In this document: positions 1-35,200 of the stretch, in pieces | Position numbering within the stretch: the first letter of the stretch is position 1 | How the letters are laid out: each line of letters begins with the position of its first letter | NCBI GenBank assembly: GCA_002269645.1 | Contig: NIVC01002674.1 | Span: 86,395-150,394, forward strand | Length of the DNA stretch: 64,000 nt | Reading direction: 5' to 3' | Source: Macrostomum lignano | Taxonomy: Eukaryota | Made by a program: the position numbers and the translations under genes | The notes under the pieces: model-generated | The model's input: the letters and a program-made list of their open reading frames with translations, nothing else | Told to the model about the DNA's origin: nothing | Database searches by the model: none

Positions 1-321
1 AGAATAAAAAAATTCTATTTTTCTTCCCCCCCCCCCGGCATTGCCTCACTGCTTTCAAGATTTAGAGCAGGTGAAATATTAATTAAAACGAATCTTCCTC
101 GATATATATCTTGAAACATCAAAGGGTAGGGGAGAATGAGGTCTACAAAGTGGATGAATGCGCAGTTAAACCGTGCCCCCCGGGGGGAAAGAGAAGCTGT
201 TGAAAGCATAAAATGACAGGTGAAATAATTTTAAAAAATTGATATATCTAGCTAGCATTAGAATGTTCTTGAATCATGCCTGTCAGCTAAAAATGCATGT
301 TTATTTGTCTTTGCACCTGTA

Positions 322-362
322 TACTGTCTGTCTGTATGTCTGCCTGTCTGCCTGTCTGTCTC

Positions 363-396
<34 letters not shown>

Positions 397-428
397 CGCC
401 TGTCTGTCTGTCTGTCTGTCTGTCCGCC

Positions 429-491
<63 letters not shown>

Positions 492-655
492 GCTTCTACC
501 TTTCGATCTACCACTCTACGTTTCTATCGACTTGTCAAATTTTTCATTTACCTGCCTACTTATCCATTCACCTGTCTACCTGTCTATCCACCTGTCTACC
601 TGTCTATCCACCTGTCTACCTGTCTATATCTACCTGTCTGTCTACCTGTCGACCT
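322..655. repeat. (CTGT)n microsatellite and CTACCTGT-type repeats
   Basis: Directly visible; ACLY intron 10. Confidence 0.95.
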
Positions 656-702
656 CCTGTCCAGTAGCGCCTGTCACGCGCCCCAGAGTCGCACAGTCTC
701 AC

Positions 703-21915
<21,213 letters not shown>

Positions 21916-24900
21916 GTTAAATGAGCTGCTAGAAATTAATAATATTGTGAAATATTGTTAATTACAATTGACTGCATGGTTACTATGTGTTATATCAGCA
22001 TTGATAAAATAAGCTAATGGGTAAACATTTAAAGCTCTTTTAAATAGAAGCTTCTTTTTTATTTAGTTTAGACATACTCTACTTGGGAATTTGGATTTTT
22101 TAGCCAAGCCCTTAACCTATAAAACTATATAATAGCATATAACATATACAAAATTAAATTTTGAAAATACAAACTTGCTCAAGACCCCATGATAAAAACC
22201 CTGTTACCAAGCAGCCAAAGCCTAACATGTCATTGCCCACCATAGCTCCAAGCTAAGCCAATTAGCCAGAGAAAAAGAAGGCCACTTTTTTAGAACACTC
22301 TGAAGCCACGCATATGCAATTGTATGTAGTAAGAGTTGCAGTCAATCAATGTAAATTGCTATACTAGCAGAAGTGCCACCTTTAAAAAGATTGTCTCCTT
22401 GTCAATCTTGCCCAAATGTTCTAGTAGTAAACCTACTATAGCAGATGTTATTTTATTTAATAAAGAAAATATTTTAATAATAATTTAATACTTTAATAAG
22501 CTTTAATAAATAATAACAAATTAACATAGAATCTTTATTTTCTGAACAAAAGCTTTATAAAAAATCAAGAGCTACAAGAAAGGCAAAACATTTTAAACAT
22601 TAGGTTTGCATGCTATCAAAATCAATAAAAAAATTAATATGAAAAACCATGAAAAGTTCTTATCTCCATAGTGTATTTTTGCTAAGAACCAGCCTCTTAA
22701 TGTTTTATAAGAAATATAGTTTCTTGTTCTTTTACTTAAGTTGTCCTTGACTAGTTTTATTTTTTCACTATACTTTCCTTTTATTCAAAAATTTATATTA
22801 AATGAAGAAAGTGTTTTTACTTTCCTAGAAAAGCAACAAAAAATATGTTCAAAAACATTATTGCTTTAATTTACGAAATATTTTCTGCAAATATATACAC
22901 TACTATGATAGGCTTTGTTTTTAATGGACTAACTTTATTAGAAATGCAAAAATTCAAAACTATTATTTGTTATACTATACAAATATTTTGTATATTTTGT
23001 ATATTTAATATGTTGTTTTGTTTTAAATAGTAGGAGACATTTTACTATAAAAGGAAGCCTGTTGAGAGCCAGGAAAATAAACTTGTTCCACTTGTTATGA
23101 ACTTGTTCTAGTTCAGCTTTTTAAAGCCTTTTATTTCATGTGAGACAAAAGTCAAATCAGCCTCAGGGCTTGTATTCACTCATGTTACTTATTTTTAGTA
23201 GTAGATAGCAAATTAGGAATAGCCCTAAGATTGGGAAAGTTCAATCCATTCTCAAAAAATGAGATATCTAGATTTAGAATCTGAGAAATTGCCTTTAGAA
23301 GGCAGAAATCCTATCATAGGGTAGAGTAATCCAGACTAGTGAGTAAGCTGTGACCCTCTGATCCCAAGAATGCCTAGGACTAAAAGAATAAAAACTTTTA
23401 AAGTATACGGATAGAATAGACAATGCCATAAGACCACTCAGGCCAGAAGTACAGTACATATACATACGCTACCAATAGATAAATACATGTGCTACCAGAA
23501 GTTATATATGCTACCAAAAGTACAACATCTATAAAAGTACAAGTATTATAGGAACTATTAGTACAACTTTGGAAACTTAACGGAGATTTTAATAGAGAGA
23601 AGTTTAGTACTGTGATAACTTGGTGGCAGTTTGTTAGATTATATTAGGGTCAAAAGTAACCCCTACATCAACTTTGGTATTGGCAGCAGAATAAATTAGA
23701 TAGAGAGCAATTTGTACTATTACAACTTTGGTAGCAGCTTTAGGAAATTTACAGGGTAGGAATTTGAAGTAGCCCTGAAACAGCTAATATCATTGGGATA
23801 ATTATAGAGGAGAAAGCCCTACCACACTACCAAAAATTTATTACAATTGAAAATAGAAAACTTAATTATATTCTACTAATAATTCTTAGAAATAAATATA
23901 TACATTAAAGACTTAATCCTTAATCATTAATGATGGGATATCCTAGGATAGAATAAATATCCCTATGACAACTAGGGATTAACCAACCATGATTTTCTGT
24001 TTTGTGCATGATTAGAACTAGACCCTGCGTGAAACTGTGTATGACTATGAATGTTTTTTTTAACATATTTTAATTTAAGCACAGAACTATTATTAGTATT
24101 AATACTACCAAGCATAGTATAATTTTTAGCTTTGTTTTATCATATTTATTGTTTGACTATATTTTATTATATGGCTATGTCTGCCTCCACTGATTTGTTG
24201 CAATTTTGGTTTGCTTTTCACAATCATTTCCTTAAAAAACTTTTAACAGTAAGGTTCAATTTATAAAATTCATAAATTCTGATTGGCAAAAGATCTGCAT
24301 GATTTTTATCTCATGATCATGGTTTTTGTGATTATGACCATGATCACAATTGATCCCTAATTACAACTTTCAACTTTGATGATAATAGGAATATCTAACA
24401 TTTAGTTAGTAAAACTAGGGCTTAGAGCTTAGTAAAACTAGGAATTAGATAGTTTGGTTAGGAAAAAGTATTATCAACAATGTTATATATAGTTTGATCA
24501 AAATACTTTTGAGACAGATCTATTTTAGTATTGATTTCTTAAGTAATATGCAATTATATTTTGATTTTCAAAAAATCAAAACAAAAAAGGCAAATGAAAC
24601 AAGACTTTTTAAAAAATGAAAATAGACTAGCAAGTCAGCCTAACAAATTGAACAATACCTTAGTTATTTAAAGCAAAAAAATATTGCAGAGCACTTAATG
24701 TTAAATCAAGGCTCATCTTTGATTTTGATTTTTGTTTTTTATCATGATTTACAATATAGCCTATGCTAGGCACTAAAAGGAAGTGCTTATCCCCACAGTC
24801 CCATGCCAATAATTCCAATTTTATCCACACAGATCTCTATCAATAATTTCTAGCTTATCCCCATAGTAGCTTATTGAAATAGCTGCCACCATTCAAGTCT

Positions 24901-25574
24901 ATAGACCATGTCAATAATTCCAATTTTATCCACATGGATCCATGTCAATAATTTTCAGCTTATCCCCATGGCTAAGCTTGTGCAGTTGTTTGTGTTTAGT
25001 TTTGTTTTGTTTTAAATTGATATTGTCATTATTATTAGTATTATTATCATTATGATTATATTTTGAATTTTGAATTTTGCAAGTCTCATTCACCTCAATC
25101 TTTGGGTCATTTTGTCATTCTAAACAAAGCTGGCAGCTAAGCAAATTTAAAATTAACCCTTTAATGACAAAGTAATGTAGAAGTGGTTAATAGTTTCTAG
25201 GAATATAACAGTTTGAATCTGCGCTAATAATTTGTTTTACTCTACAAAATATTCTATATATTCTACATATTCTTAATATTTGATATTTGTTAAAAATACA
25301 CACGTGCGAATAGTATAAATAGGGGCAGGCTGAGAGGAAGAAGAGATAACTCGTTCGTTAGCTATAAGCTCAAAACGTGTTCAATAAATCTTTCTCAGAT
25401 CATTGTTCATTTCTAAGAGTATTGTGAAGAAGGTTGAAGGTTGCACTTGGGATTCATGCAAAGAGTAGTACTAAGAGTAATTGCTGTGACCCTCTAATCT
25501 CAGTAACACCCAGACTGGAGAGAGAAAATACATATACTAGTCCTCTGGTAGAACAGCACGCTTGATAATGAGAA

Positions 25575-25851
25575 GTAAAAGAAAGGAGATTGCGAGCATT
25601 TTCAATAGAATGACATGTTTTGCCTAACTTTAGGCATCATCAGGCCAAATTGGAATTTATTTAATATAAGTCCAAACGTAGAGTATAAATACATTTATAC
25701 TCTAATAAATGTAATAAATATATAAATACAAAGCGTAAAGATTATTGAAGCTATGTACATTAAAAACTGGCAACCAACTTTAAATAAATAGTTGGGTTAT
25801 TCCGGGGCCGATGCTCTCCTGAGAGTGTTCTAATGTACACCCACTACCCGG

Positions 25852-25913
<62 letters not shown>

Positions 25914-26122
25914 TTCTCTGTCTATCTTGGTTTGATCTGTTGACTTCCCCCCCTGTGTTTTGTTATTACAATTTTGTGTATCACTGACTATCTGCCACTG
26001 AAATGTATTTATACTCTACGTTTTGACTTAAATTAAATAAATTCCAATTTGGCCCGATGATGCCTAAAGTTAGGCAAAACATGTCGTTCTATTGTAAATG
26101 CTCACAATCTCCTTTCTTTTAC
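25575..26122. mobile_element. MITE with ~85-bp TIRs and an internal (CT)n tract
   Basis: 25575-25662 is the reverse complement of 26036-26122; TSD not resolved. Confidence 0.7.
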
Positions 26123-26724
26123 ATATACTAGTACTAGACCACTCAGGCCATAAGCTACTAGAATGCTACTAAGAACGCTATCCGAACGCTACCAGAAACA
26201 CTACTAAGAATGCTATTCAGAAATATTTGAATGAAATTCTAAGAAACAGTTAGAAACATTAAGACAAGATTTGGTAGAAATTAAATAGAGGAAATTATAA
26301 ACCTGTAATGACTTTGGTGGCAGCTCGTAGGCTATTTAATATTAATAAACACTAGCATCAATAGTTAGGAGCTTAGAAAGACAGAGCCAAAAGGCCTGTC
26401 ACAGTAACAAAGTAAGTTTTAACAAAGTACTTCAGTATTCAGTATTTAGTATATGTAGTTTACTTAAAATATTTGTAAAACAGTGAAAACAAAAAGACAG
26501 GTTTTGAACAGATTCATTTTAAGGTTCTTTATTTCAATAAACTACCATGGGGATAAGCTGGAAATTATTGACATGGATCTGATCTGTGTGGATAAAGTTG
26601 GAATTATTGGCATGGGACCATGGCGATAAGAACTGCCACACTAAAAAGCAAACTAGAACACTAAAAATGCAACATTGGCATTAAAAAGCATAGATATAGG
26701 ATACTAGTCAAGAGTCAAGACATA

Positions 26725-26890
26725 CATGCGCAACCTTAGGAATCACTCGGCCATTTCTATTGGCAACACACATGTAAGTCACTATTGGCTGAGAGCAATC
26801 ATGTGACTACTATTCTATCCAATAGCAACTCATGTGTGTTGCCAATAGAAATGGCCAGGTCCAGGTAAATCCCTAGCTAGGTTGCGCCTA
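26725..26890. mobile_element. Short palindromic MITE with the same CATGCGCAAC end
   Basis: Left end CATGCGCAACCT, right end AGGTTGCGC; internal inverted repeat GGCCATTTCTATTGGCAACACACATG. Confidence 0.55.
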
Positions 26891-28167
26891 AGCATGAATC
26901 AAGATAGAAGGTCGGCTTGACAAGTTCCTTCCAAAACATGGATTCTCTGTCTGCCTTAGGCATTGTAGAGCCACCTATCACTTCTTCAACCATTACTGGG
27001 CTCTTTATGTGGTTACTCAGACAAAAAATATATTATTACACTTATTTTAATATTAGGGCCTACTCTTAAAGTTAAACATGCAAAATCAGCTGCCTTTTTC
27101 ATGTTATCAAATGTATTAAGTTCCAATACAAAAAATAATAATAACATAACATTGATTGATATGATAGGAATTTCAATTCAGAAAAAAGTTATATAACTAA
27201 ATTCTATCTATTACCTATGTCAAGAACTATAAATTAGAATAGGTCATAATATATTTCTTTCAAAGATATCAAAAAGCCAAAAGGCAAAAAATATTATTTC
27301 AAAATTTTATTTGCAAATATACTATACCATATGATAGTCCAATCAAACACTTTTTCCTTAATTAATTGGCAGTCAATGAATAATTTATTAAAAGCTACAA
27401 TTACAAAGTGGTATATTTGCAATTATAATTGAAGCCTATATCTTCGCCGAACTGGTCACTTTCTTTCGCCGAAATGTACATCTATGTGAACTATAAATTC
27501 ACTTTCGCCAAAACGTCTTTCGCCGAAAATCCTTTGCCGAAATGGAGGCCGCGCCGCCGCGCGCATCCCGCGCAATCTGCAAATTAAAATATTTCGAAAA
27601 TGATAGCGCGATACTAATGTCTCAATTAAACAAATAACAAAATGAATTTTAGTTAAAAGTATTATAAGTAGACAAAAAGCTAACTAAAGGTATATCAGTA
27701 GATTTCTATTTATCCTTTCAAATGAGGTTTTACCGTATTAGTAGAGAATACGATAGATAATAGCTAGATAATAGTTATTAGCAGATTACTACGCCCTATT
27801 CTTTCTCGGTGTTTGTTAATTCCTATTAAGCTAGAACAGTTTGAAACAATGTATTCAAACGTTTTTCGACGGACATCTCTCTCGTGATGATTTATTATAT
27901 TACTCGGAGTTGTCTGAGAAATCCCTTTATAAATTCGACTGGTACGAACGTACCGTGGAAAAGTTATTAATTTTAATGTAAAAAATGTCACCATACTTTT
28001 TTTCTAATTTTCTATTTGAATTTGAATTCGGGATTCAAATTGTCTTAACTAAAGGACTACTCTGATTGAATTTTACTGCTGTAAAAATTATACTTTTTAG
28101 CAGAGTACATATTAGCGAATAGTTAGTGTATCAACTACTGGGTAATATAGCTCCTTGTACTGGGAAT

Positions 28168-29397
28168 GGGTCTACGACGTTGCCAGCGAGACGTTTGCCT
28201 GCGAGACGTTTGCCTGCCGACGTTTGCCAGCCGGACATTTGCAGGCGGCAATTGGTTAAAGAAGTATGCCCTCTATAGGCTTACATGTAATTGCATTTGA
28301 AAACTGTGGACATAGCACTAATCTAATTCCACCTCGCTCCCTACTACTACTATTAAATATACAGGTTACTAACAAACTACTGTTCAGGCTTATTGAAGTT
28401 ATTGCTCTTGTCTGTTTAAATAGTAAGGTAAAAATACAAAATAGGAGTTTCCATTGACACAGTTGATGTCTATGTATGCCATGGAATGGCCCTTTCAATC
28501 TCAGTGGCCAAACAAGCTAAGTGTTTACAAGCTAAATGGGAAAAGACTGAGACATCCACAATGGTATTGGCCTAGTCTCGCCTATATATACTTAACTCAA
28601 AAGCCAAAGTCTGCTTAACGGAGTTTGGCCATGACAGCGTGCACTTGACAAGCTGCATTGGAATTAATTCGCTTACTTTTGGATCTCCCAATGAACTGGG
28701 AAATATAAGCCAGAATTATCGTTCAGCAGTTCTTTCATTTGCTCAAAACTTGGCTCGCTGGAGATTCCCGTTTAAATTTGCGTGTCTGTCTTCATTCGCA
28801 AATCAAAACTGAAACATCTCAAACTGGGAAAAGCGATTCAAAACTGTCAGAAGTAAACTTTATAATATTTTCACATTTAAAGAAATTGTTGTTAAACTAG
28901 ATGTTAGATTGATGAACTACATAATTTGTGTAAGTTTTGCTTTCGAACTTTGATACATGCGAATAACCGTCAAAAAGTTGGACTAAAAAACCATTAAACT
29001 GCGGATGTTTCAGCATCAAATTTTTCACTCACTGACTTAATGTTGGCTGGCAAACCTTGGCTGGCAAACGTCGGCAGGCAAACGTCTCGCTGGCAAACGT
29101 CGGCTGGCAAACATCGGCAAGCAAACGTCCTGCAGGCAAACTTCGGCTGGCAAACGTCGACTGGCAAACGTCGACTGGCAAACGTCGACTGGCAAACGTC
29201 CCGCAGGCAAACGTCGGCTGGCAAACGTCCCGCAGGCAAACGTCGGCTGGCAAACGTCCCGCAGGGAAATGTCGGCTGGCAAACGTCCCACAGGCAAACG
29301 TCGGCTGGCAAGCGTCTTGCAAGGAAATGTCGGCTGGCAAACGTCCCGCAGGGAAATGTCAGCTGGCAAACGTCCCGCAGGCAAACGTCGCTATCCC
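28168..29397. mobile_element. Non-autonomous DNA element with inverted subterminal GGCAAACGTC arrays
   Basis: Left end has GACGTTTGCC units (28175-28250), right end has ~20 GGCAAACGTC units (29045-29390); termini roughly inverted. Confidence 0.5.
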
Positions 29398-29876
29398 GTT
29401 TTGAATGGAATTAATCTATAACTACATGCAGCTTACTAAAAGAATTTTTTAAATCAAACGAAAAAATTGCCAAGTACAAACGCACACTGAATGTAAGTCA
29501 TGATGCAATTAACGCAGATGTTTCGTCTCTTTTAGCTAAAAATCACCCTTATGAAGTTAACGCCTGGCGTATATACTTAATAGATATAAATAGTTAACTA
29601 TAAATTTTGCATGTGCACTGAGACAAAAACTAGCGCAAATATATAAAAACTCATGAAAGATCAACAAACTGGCTGATTGACACGGTACAATGTCTGGCTT
29701 TATTGTTAAAATAAAAAATTGAGGAAGTCCATCAATAGTGAACAAGCCTTTTACATAGCCCCACGCAGATGAGACACTTCAATAGAGTAATATTTGATAA
29801 TAGTAAATTAAAAAACTTTTCAACATTTTACACGGTACTTGAAGTTCTTTAAGCTACTACTAAGTTTTGACCGATC

Positions 29877-30620
29877 CTTACTGCTCTCTCATTGGTTGAG
29901 CTAGATTGGGCCTGCCTCCTCGGCTGAGTTTCGTCTGCCTGTCTGGCTTTGACCTCTCTCCTTACTGCTCTCTCATTGGTTGAGCTAGATTGGGCCTGCC
30001 CCCTCTGCTGAGTTTCTTCTGCCTGTCTGGCTTTGACCTCTCTCCTTACTGCTCTCTCATTGGTTGAGCTAGATTGGGCCTGCCCCCTCTGCTGAGTTTC
30101 TTCTGCCTGTCTGGCTTTGACCTCTCTTCTTACTGCTCTCTCATTGGTTGAGCTAGATTGGGCCTACATGCGCCTTACGCTGAGTTTCGTCTGCCTGTCT
30201 GGCTTTGACCTCTCTCTCCTTACTGCTCTCTCATTGGTTGAGCCCGCCTGGCTTTTTCATCCGGAAATTGGTCGAAGAGAGTTCCGGAATTTCGTCCGGT
30301 GCGTAGTGCATTTTTCCCATTAAAAACCGGGAAAAAAGCCGGACGAAAAGTTTACAAAACGGACGAAAACATGAAAACCGGACCAAATCCGGATGATTTC
30401 GTCCGGATTATATTTTGGTCCGGAAACCCACCAGACAACCGGACGAACTCGGATGAAAACCGGATTGCAACCGGATCAGAAAGCCAGGCGGGAGCTAGAT
30501 TGGGCCTGCCTCCTCGGCTGAGTTTCGTCTGCCTGTCTGGCTTTGACCTCTCTCTCCTTACTGCTCTCTCATTGGTTGAGCTAGATTGGGCCTGCATGCG
30601 CCTTACACTGAGTTTCGTCC
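29877..30620. repeat. 84-bp tandem repeat, ~5-6 copies, interrupted by a MITE
   Basis: CTTACTGCTCTCTCATTGG recurs at 29877, 29961, 30045, ... Confidence 0.9.
30243..30492. mobile_element. 250-bp MITE with CCC...GGG ends and a 2-bp TSD (CACTA/CMC-like)
   Basis: TIR CCCGCCTGGCTT / AAGCCAGGCGGG, AG duplicated, internal CCGGA sub-repeats; neighbouring 84-bp monomers give the empty site. Confidence 0.8.
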
Positions 30621-31799
30621 GTGCTCTGTGGCCGCAAACTGTGAGGAAGGTAATGAAATTTTAGCTGAAATTTAAGCGGCACAGCACATGCAAACTACTG
30701 CAAGAAAAGTAGACGCTCTACTTTTTCGCAACTTTCAATGCGAGTGCCATTTCTAGTTGTTTTAGAATCTATGGTATTAATTAAACCCAATCTATGCAGG
30801 AAAGCAAATTTTCTCACTTTGCTTCACATTTTAGTCACAGAATATTTACTCCCACGCATGCACAGAATAGATTGACGAGTTTCAACACAATTTAAAAAGG
30901 ATACTCAAACTAACCCATTTTTTACATCTTGAAACGAATTCGACGATATTAAGTTTTGAACTTATTAATTTTCAATAGAGACAAGTAACTTAACTTAAAA
31001 AAAAGAATAAGTGACGATTAAAATCAGTTGCAGCCAGAAAACAAGCGAAAAGTTATGCCAAATCTCGGGTGAGAGCATGCTCTGAAACTCGCCTATCTGT
31101 ACAGTGTGTAAATGAAATTATTTGGAGACTATACATATTAAGACGAATCGACTTTTTAGACGTATCGATCTTTAACTGTGCATTACATCGACTTGAATAA
31201 AAAAGTAAATTAGCCAGGAAAATAAAGCTACTGTAACATAAATATGTGAAAAATAAATGGAGACAAATCAACTGATTTTGCAGTCATAAATGCTACATAA
31301 AAACAACAAATATACAGCACGAGCGAGATATCATTATTTGCCTAAAATAGTTTCAATTTCGCGTAATACTACTTACTGACAGTAGCCGGAGCGGAAACGT
31401 AAAGTAATATTCAGTGTTGAAAGAAATCGAAGAGAAGAGATTAAGCTACATAAATTGTGCATTAAAAGTCAATATAAACAAACCGGGCCAACCGTAAATG
31501 ATAATAAATTCTTACTAAGTCCTTGGGCGAAGACTAATCTGATTAGCCATGACAACATATGATTTTTACGCAGCCAACAATAGTACAAGTAAACAGTATA
31601 ATATGAAATGGTCAAAGCAAAACTGCCACTAAACTACATAAAGTAGTAGTCTAATTTTAATAGAAACTCACCTGAAAAGTGAATCATCCACTGCTTTAAG
31701 ATAAAAACCAAATTTCTGAATACAAAATCGGTCTGTACATTTAAAATAGATAGATCATTAACAATGTCCCAGTCGGACATCATTAATAGTAGTAGGATA

Positions 31800-32210
31800 G
31801 GGTGCGGTTCGTAGGGGCGGATAGAGGGCAAATCGTAGAGGTGGATGGAGGCGGCTCGTAGGACGGATAAGGGGCGAATAGGGGGGGTTCGTAGTGGCGG
31901 AGGGGCGGTTCGTAGGGCGGATAGGCGGCGGATAGGGGCGGTTCGTAGTGCGGATAAGGGGTTTTCCGCAGGGGCGGATGGAGGGCGGTTCGTAGGGCGG
32001 ATAGGAGGCGGATAGGGGCGGTTCGTAAGGCAGATAAGGGGTGGTCCGCAGGGGCGGATAGACGGCGGTTCGTAGGCGCGGAGGAGCGGTTGGTAGGGCG
32101 AATAGGGGGCGATTCCTAGGGTTGGATAAAGGGCGGTTCGTAGGGGGCGGATAGGGGGCGGATCAAAGGGCCGATACTGGCGCAAATCAGAAGGCGGAAG
32201 GGGCGGCTCC
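31800..32210. repeat. G-rich GGCGGTTCGTAGGGCGGATAG repeat downstream of the ANKLE2 stop
   Basis: Directly visible; degenerate. Confidence 0.85.
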
Positions 32211-32283
32211 GCATGGATGTTAATTGATTGAAAATTGAAACACAGACAGCTTGTTAAAAATTTAAACAAAACTCATTCCAGCT

Positions 32284-35200
32284 TTAGTGGCCCAACGCAA
32301 CAGAATCGTGATCGAATGATTTATTAAGAGCGTCAGGCGTCTGACCCGTAGCGCCGCTCCTCGCCGCCAGCCGGCGCCGCGGGGTGCCACCGGCCGCTGC
32401 CGCCGCGGCCAGCCGACGCAACGACGGCGACGTTGGCAACGGCGACGCCAATGGAGACGCGGCCGCTAACGAAGGCGAAGGCGACGGCGAAGCGGGCAGC
32501 TGTAATAACAGTTTAGATACGTCCTCGCTAGAGACGCTAGCCGCTGTATTGGCGCCAATCGATCGGCGCCAACGCGCCAAACTTGGATAGCGCTTTTGAT
32601 CAATTTTAGAAGCAGACGAAGCCGGAGAGATCGCTTTGAGTACCTGCAGGTCGACTGGAGTCACTGGCCGCTTACTATGAGTAGTATTATTAATTCGGCT
32701 ACTAGGCGAAGAGAAACTCAGACCCCCAGGCCTGGCGTTGGCGCCATTATTAACCACGAATTCAAACGGACTGGAAGTTGGCGCTGCACGACGCTGTTGC
32801 TGCTGTCTAGGGGTGCTCATTCGCGGCGCCTGCTGCTGCTTCGACAAGCGCGAAGTCGGCGGCGGCGGCGGAGAGCGAAATCGCGGATCGGCGCCAGATT
32901 TCCCGCTGGTCGATGCTTTCGTCAACGACGCCGGTAGCTGGGCGGCAGCGGCGGCTTTCTTAGAATCGGACAGGCCCCAGCGAGACACCCGCTCCAGGAA
33001 TGAATCTGACAGGTCGGCGGATGCCTGCTGGCCATTGTCGCTGCCGTGACAACTATCGCGGGATAAATCCGTTAGTTCCTTTGTTTCGTCGGCGTCGTCG
33101 TCCTCGATTGGACTGTCGCCGCCAAAGTCGCGATAATCAGTCCAGGGATCTGCGGCGGCGGCGGCGGCAGCGACAGCGGCGGCTCCGACGGCATCTTCGC
33201 CGCTAGTATTGGCAGACGCTGAGACGCCCAATTCTTTTTCCATTCGTTCATAGGCGTCGGTAAGCAGCCGATTCAGCCGGCTCAGCCCCTCGTCCGTAGC
33301 TAAATCGGCGAAATCGCCGTCGAAAAAATCCCAACGCTCGTGCCAAGCAATGCCGCCTAATGCCCGACAGAGAGCCCGGCCAGTGATCTCGTAGCCTTTG
33401 TCGTAGTCTAACAGCGGTGCGGCCGTCACCTCGGCTACGGCTGCAGCGGCTGCGTCGTCAACGTTGTCGTCGTTGGCGTCCACCTTGCCTACCATTGGCG
33501 GCGTCCGAAGCATGTTAGTAGGCGATTGGAATTCGAAACCGGCCGGCCGACCCGGCACAGGAGATGCCGGAGGCAGGCGAGGCGGTCGAGAAGACTCATA
33601 ATCGTCGCTGTCCTCAAAGTATTTGTTGCCAGTAGTAGGCCAGTTGTCTTTGTCGGCGGTGGCGGCCGCAGCTGTTCGGCGACAGAATAACAGTACACGC
33701 GACGGGGCTCGCCAGCGTTCGTAGAGGCTGCGCGCCGTGTCCGGCTCGGCCGGGCCAGCGTAGGCGCGGACCAGCAGCCTGTGAGGCTGGTCCAGCATCT
33801 CCTGCAGGGCCCAAGCTGGCACTGGCTGGCTGACCCGAACAACACCAGTTGATACTTCGGCCACTAGAGGTACAAATTGGCCGGACAGAGCCAGACGCGT
33901 CTCGGCCAGCTGGCCAGCTGACGCGGAGTCGCAGCGCGAGCCAACAATCTCTAGTGCAGTCTGACCGGCATTGTTCAGAATATTAATATCGCATTCTCGC
34001 CTAGCAACCAATAAGCGAATACATTCGGTGTAACAAAATTTAGCCGCAATGTGTAGCGGAGTTTCGCCCAGCGCCATCTCTCGGCCGTTTAAATAGAGAT
34101 CTAATAACCGATTGCGTCTACAGCGTCGAAGTTCTGCGCCAGTGTCTGCGTTAAGTCGACGCCAGAACTCGTCACCGGATAAGATGGCGAGCAGAAGTTT
34201 GATGACGGCAGATTGATTGCGCAATGCGGCCTGTGAAATCATCGTAGAATTTGATTGGTTGTGTATATGAAATTTAAAAAAATCACGTGACAGATGGGTT
34301 ACACTACTGATTTGCAAGTAGCTTATTAGCGTCTTTTCTAAGGACAGCGGCAGGGAAACTAACTAAAAATATGGTCATACTACTGATTTGCAAGTAGCTT
34401 ATTAGCGTCTTTTCTAAGGACAGCGGCAGGGAAACTAACTAAAAATATGGTCATACTACTGATTTGCAAGTAGCTTATTAGCATCATTTCTAAGGACAGC
34501 GGCGCAGAAACTAACAAAAAATATGGTTATACTACTGACTTGCAAGTAGCTTATTAGCGTCTTTTCTAAGGACAGCGGCAGGGAAACTAACTAAAAATAT
34601 GGTCATACTACTGATTTGCAAGTAGCTTATTAGCATCATTTCTAAGGACAGCGGCGCAGAAACTAACAAAAAATATGGTCATACTACTGACTTGCAAGTA
34701 GCTTATTAGCGTCTTTTCTAAGGACAGCGGCAGGGAAACTAACTAAAAATATGGTCATACTACTGATTTGCAAGTAGCTTATTAGCATCATTTCTAAGGA
34801 CAGCGGCGCAGAAACTAACAAAAATATGGTTATACTACTGACTTGCAAGTAGCTTATTAGCGTCTTTTCTAAGGACAGCGGCAGGGAAACTAACTAAAAA
34901 TATGGTCATACTACTGATTTGCAAGTAGCTTATTAGCATCATTTCTAAGGACAGCGGCGCAGAAACTAACAAAAAATATGGTCATACTACTGACTTGCAA
35001 GTAGCTTATTAGCGTCTTTTCTAAGGACAGCGGCAGGGAAACTAACTAAAAATATGGTCATACTACTGATTTGCAAGTAGCTTATTAGCATCATTTCTAA
35101 GGACAGCGGCGCAGAAACTAACAAAAATATGGTTATACTACTGACTTGCAAGTAGCTTATTAGCGTCTTTTCTAAGGACAGCGGCAGGGAAACTAACTAA

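Noticed and set aside
25176-25450. Possible solo LTR (TG start, TATA box, AATAAA)
   Set aside because: No matching TSD and no second copy in the window.
32284-34230. GC-rich long ORF as bacterial contamination or horizontal transfer
   Set aside because: It is the terminal exon of a spliced ANKLE2 gene; the ACLY 3' exons have similar composition.
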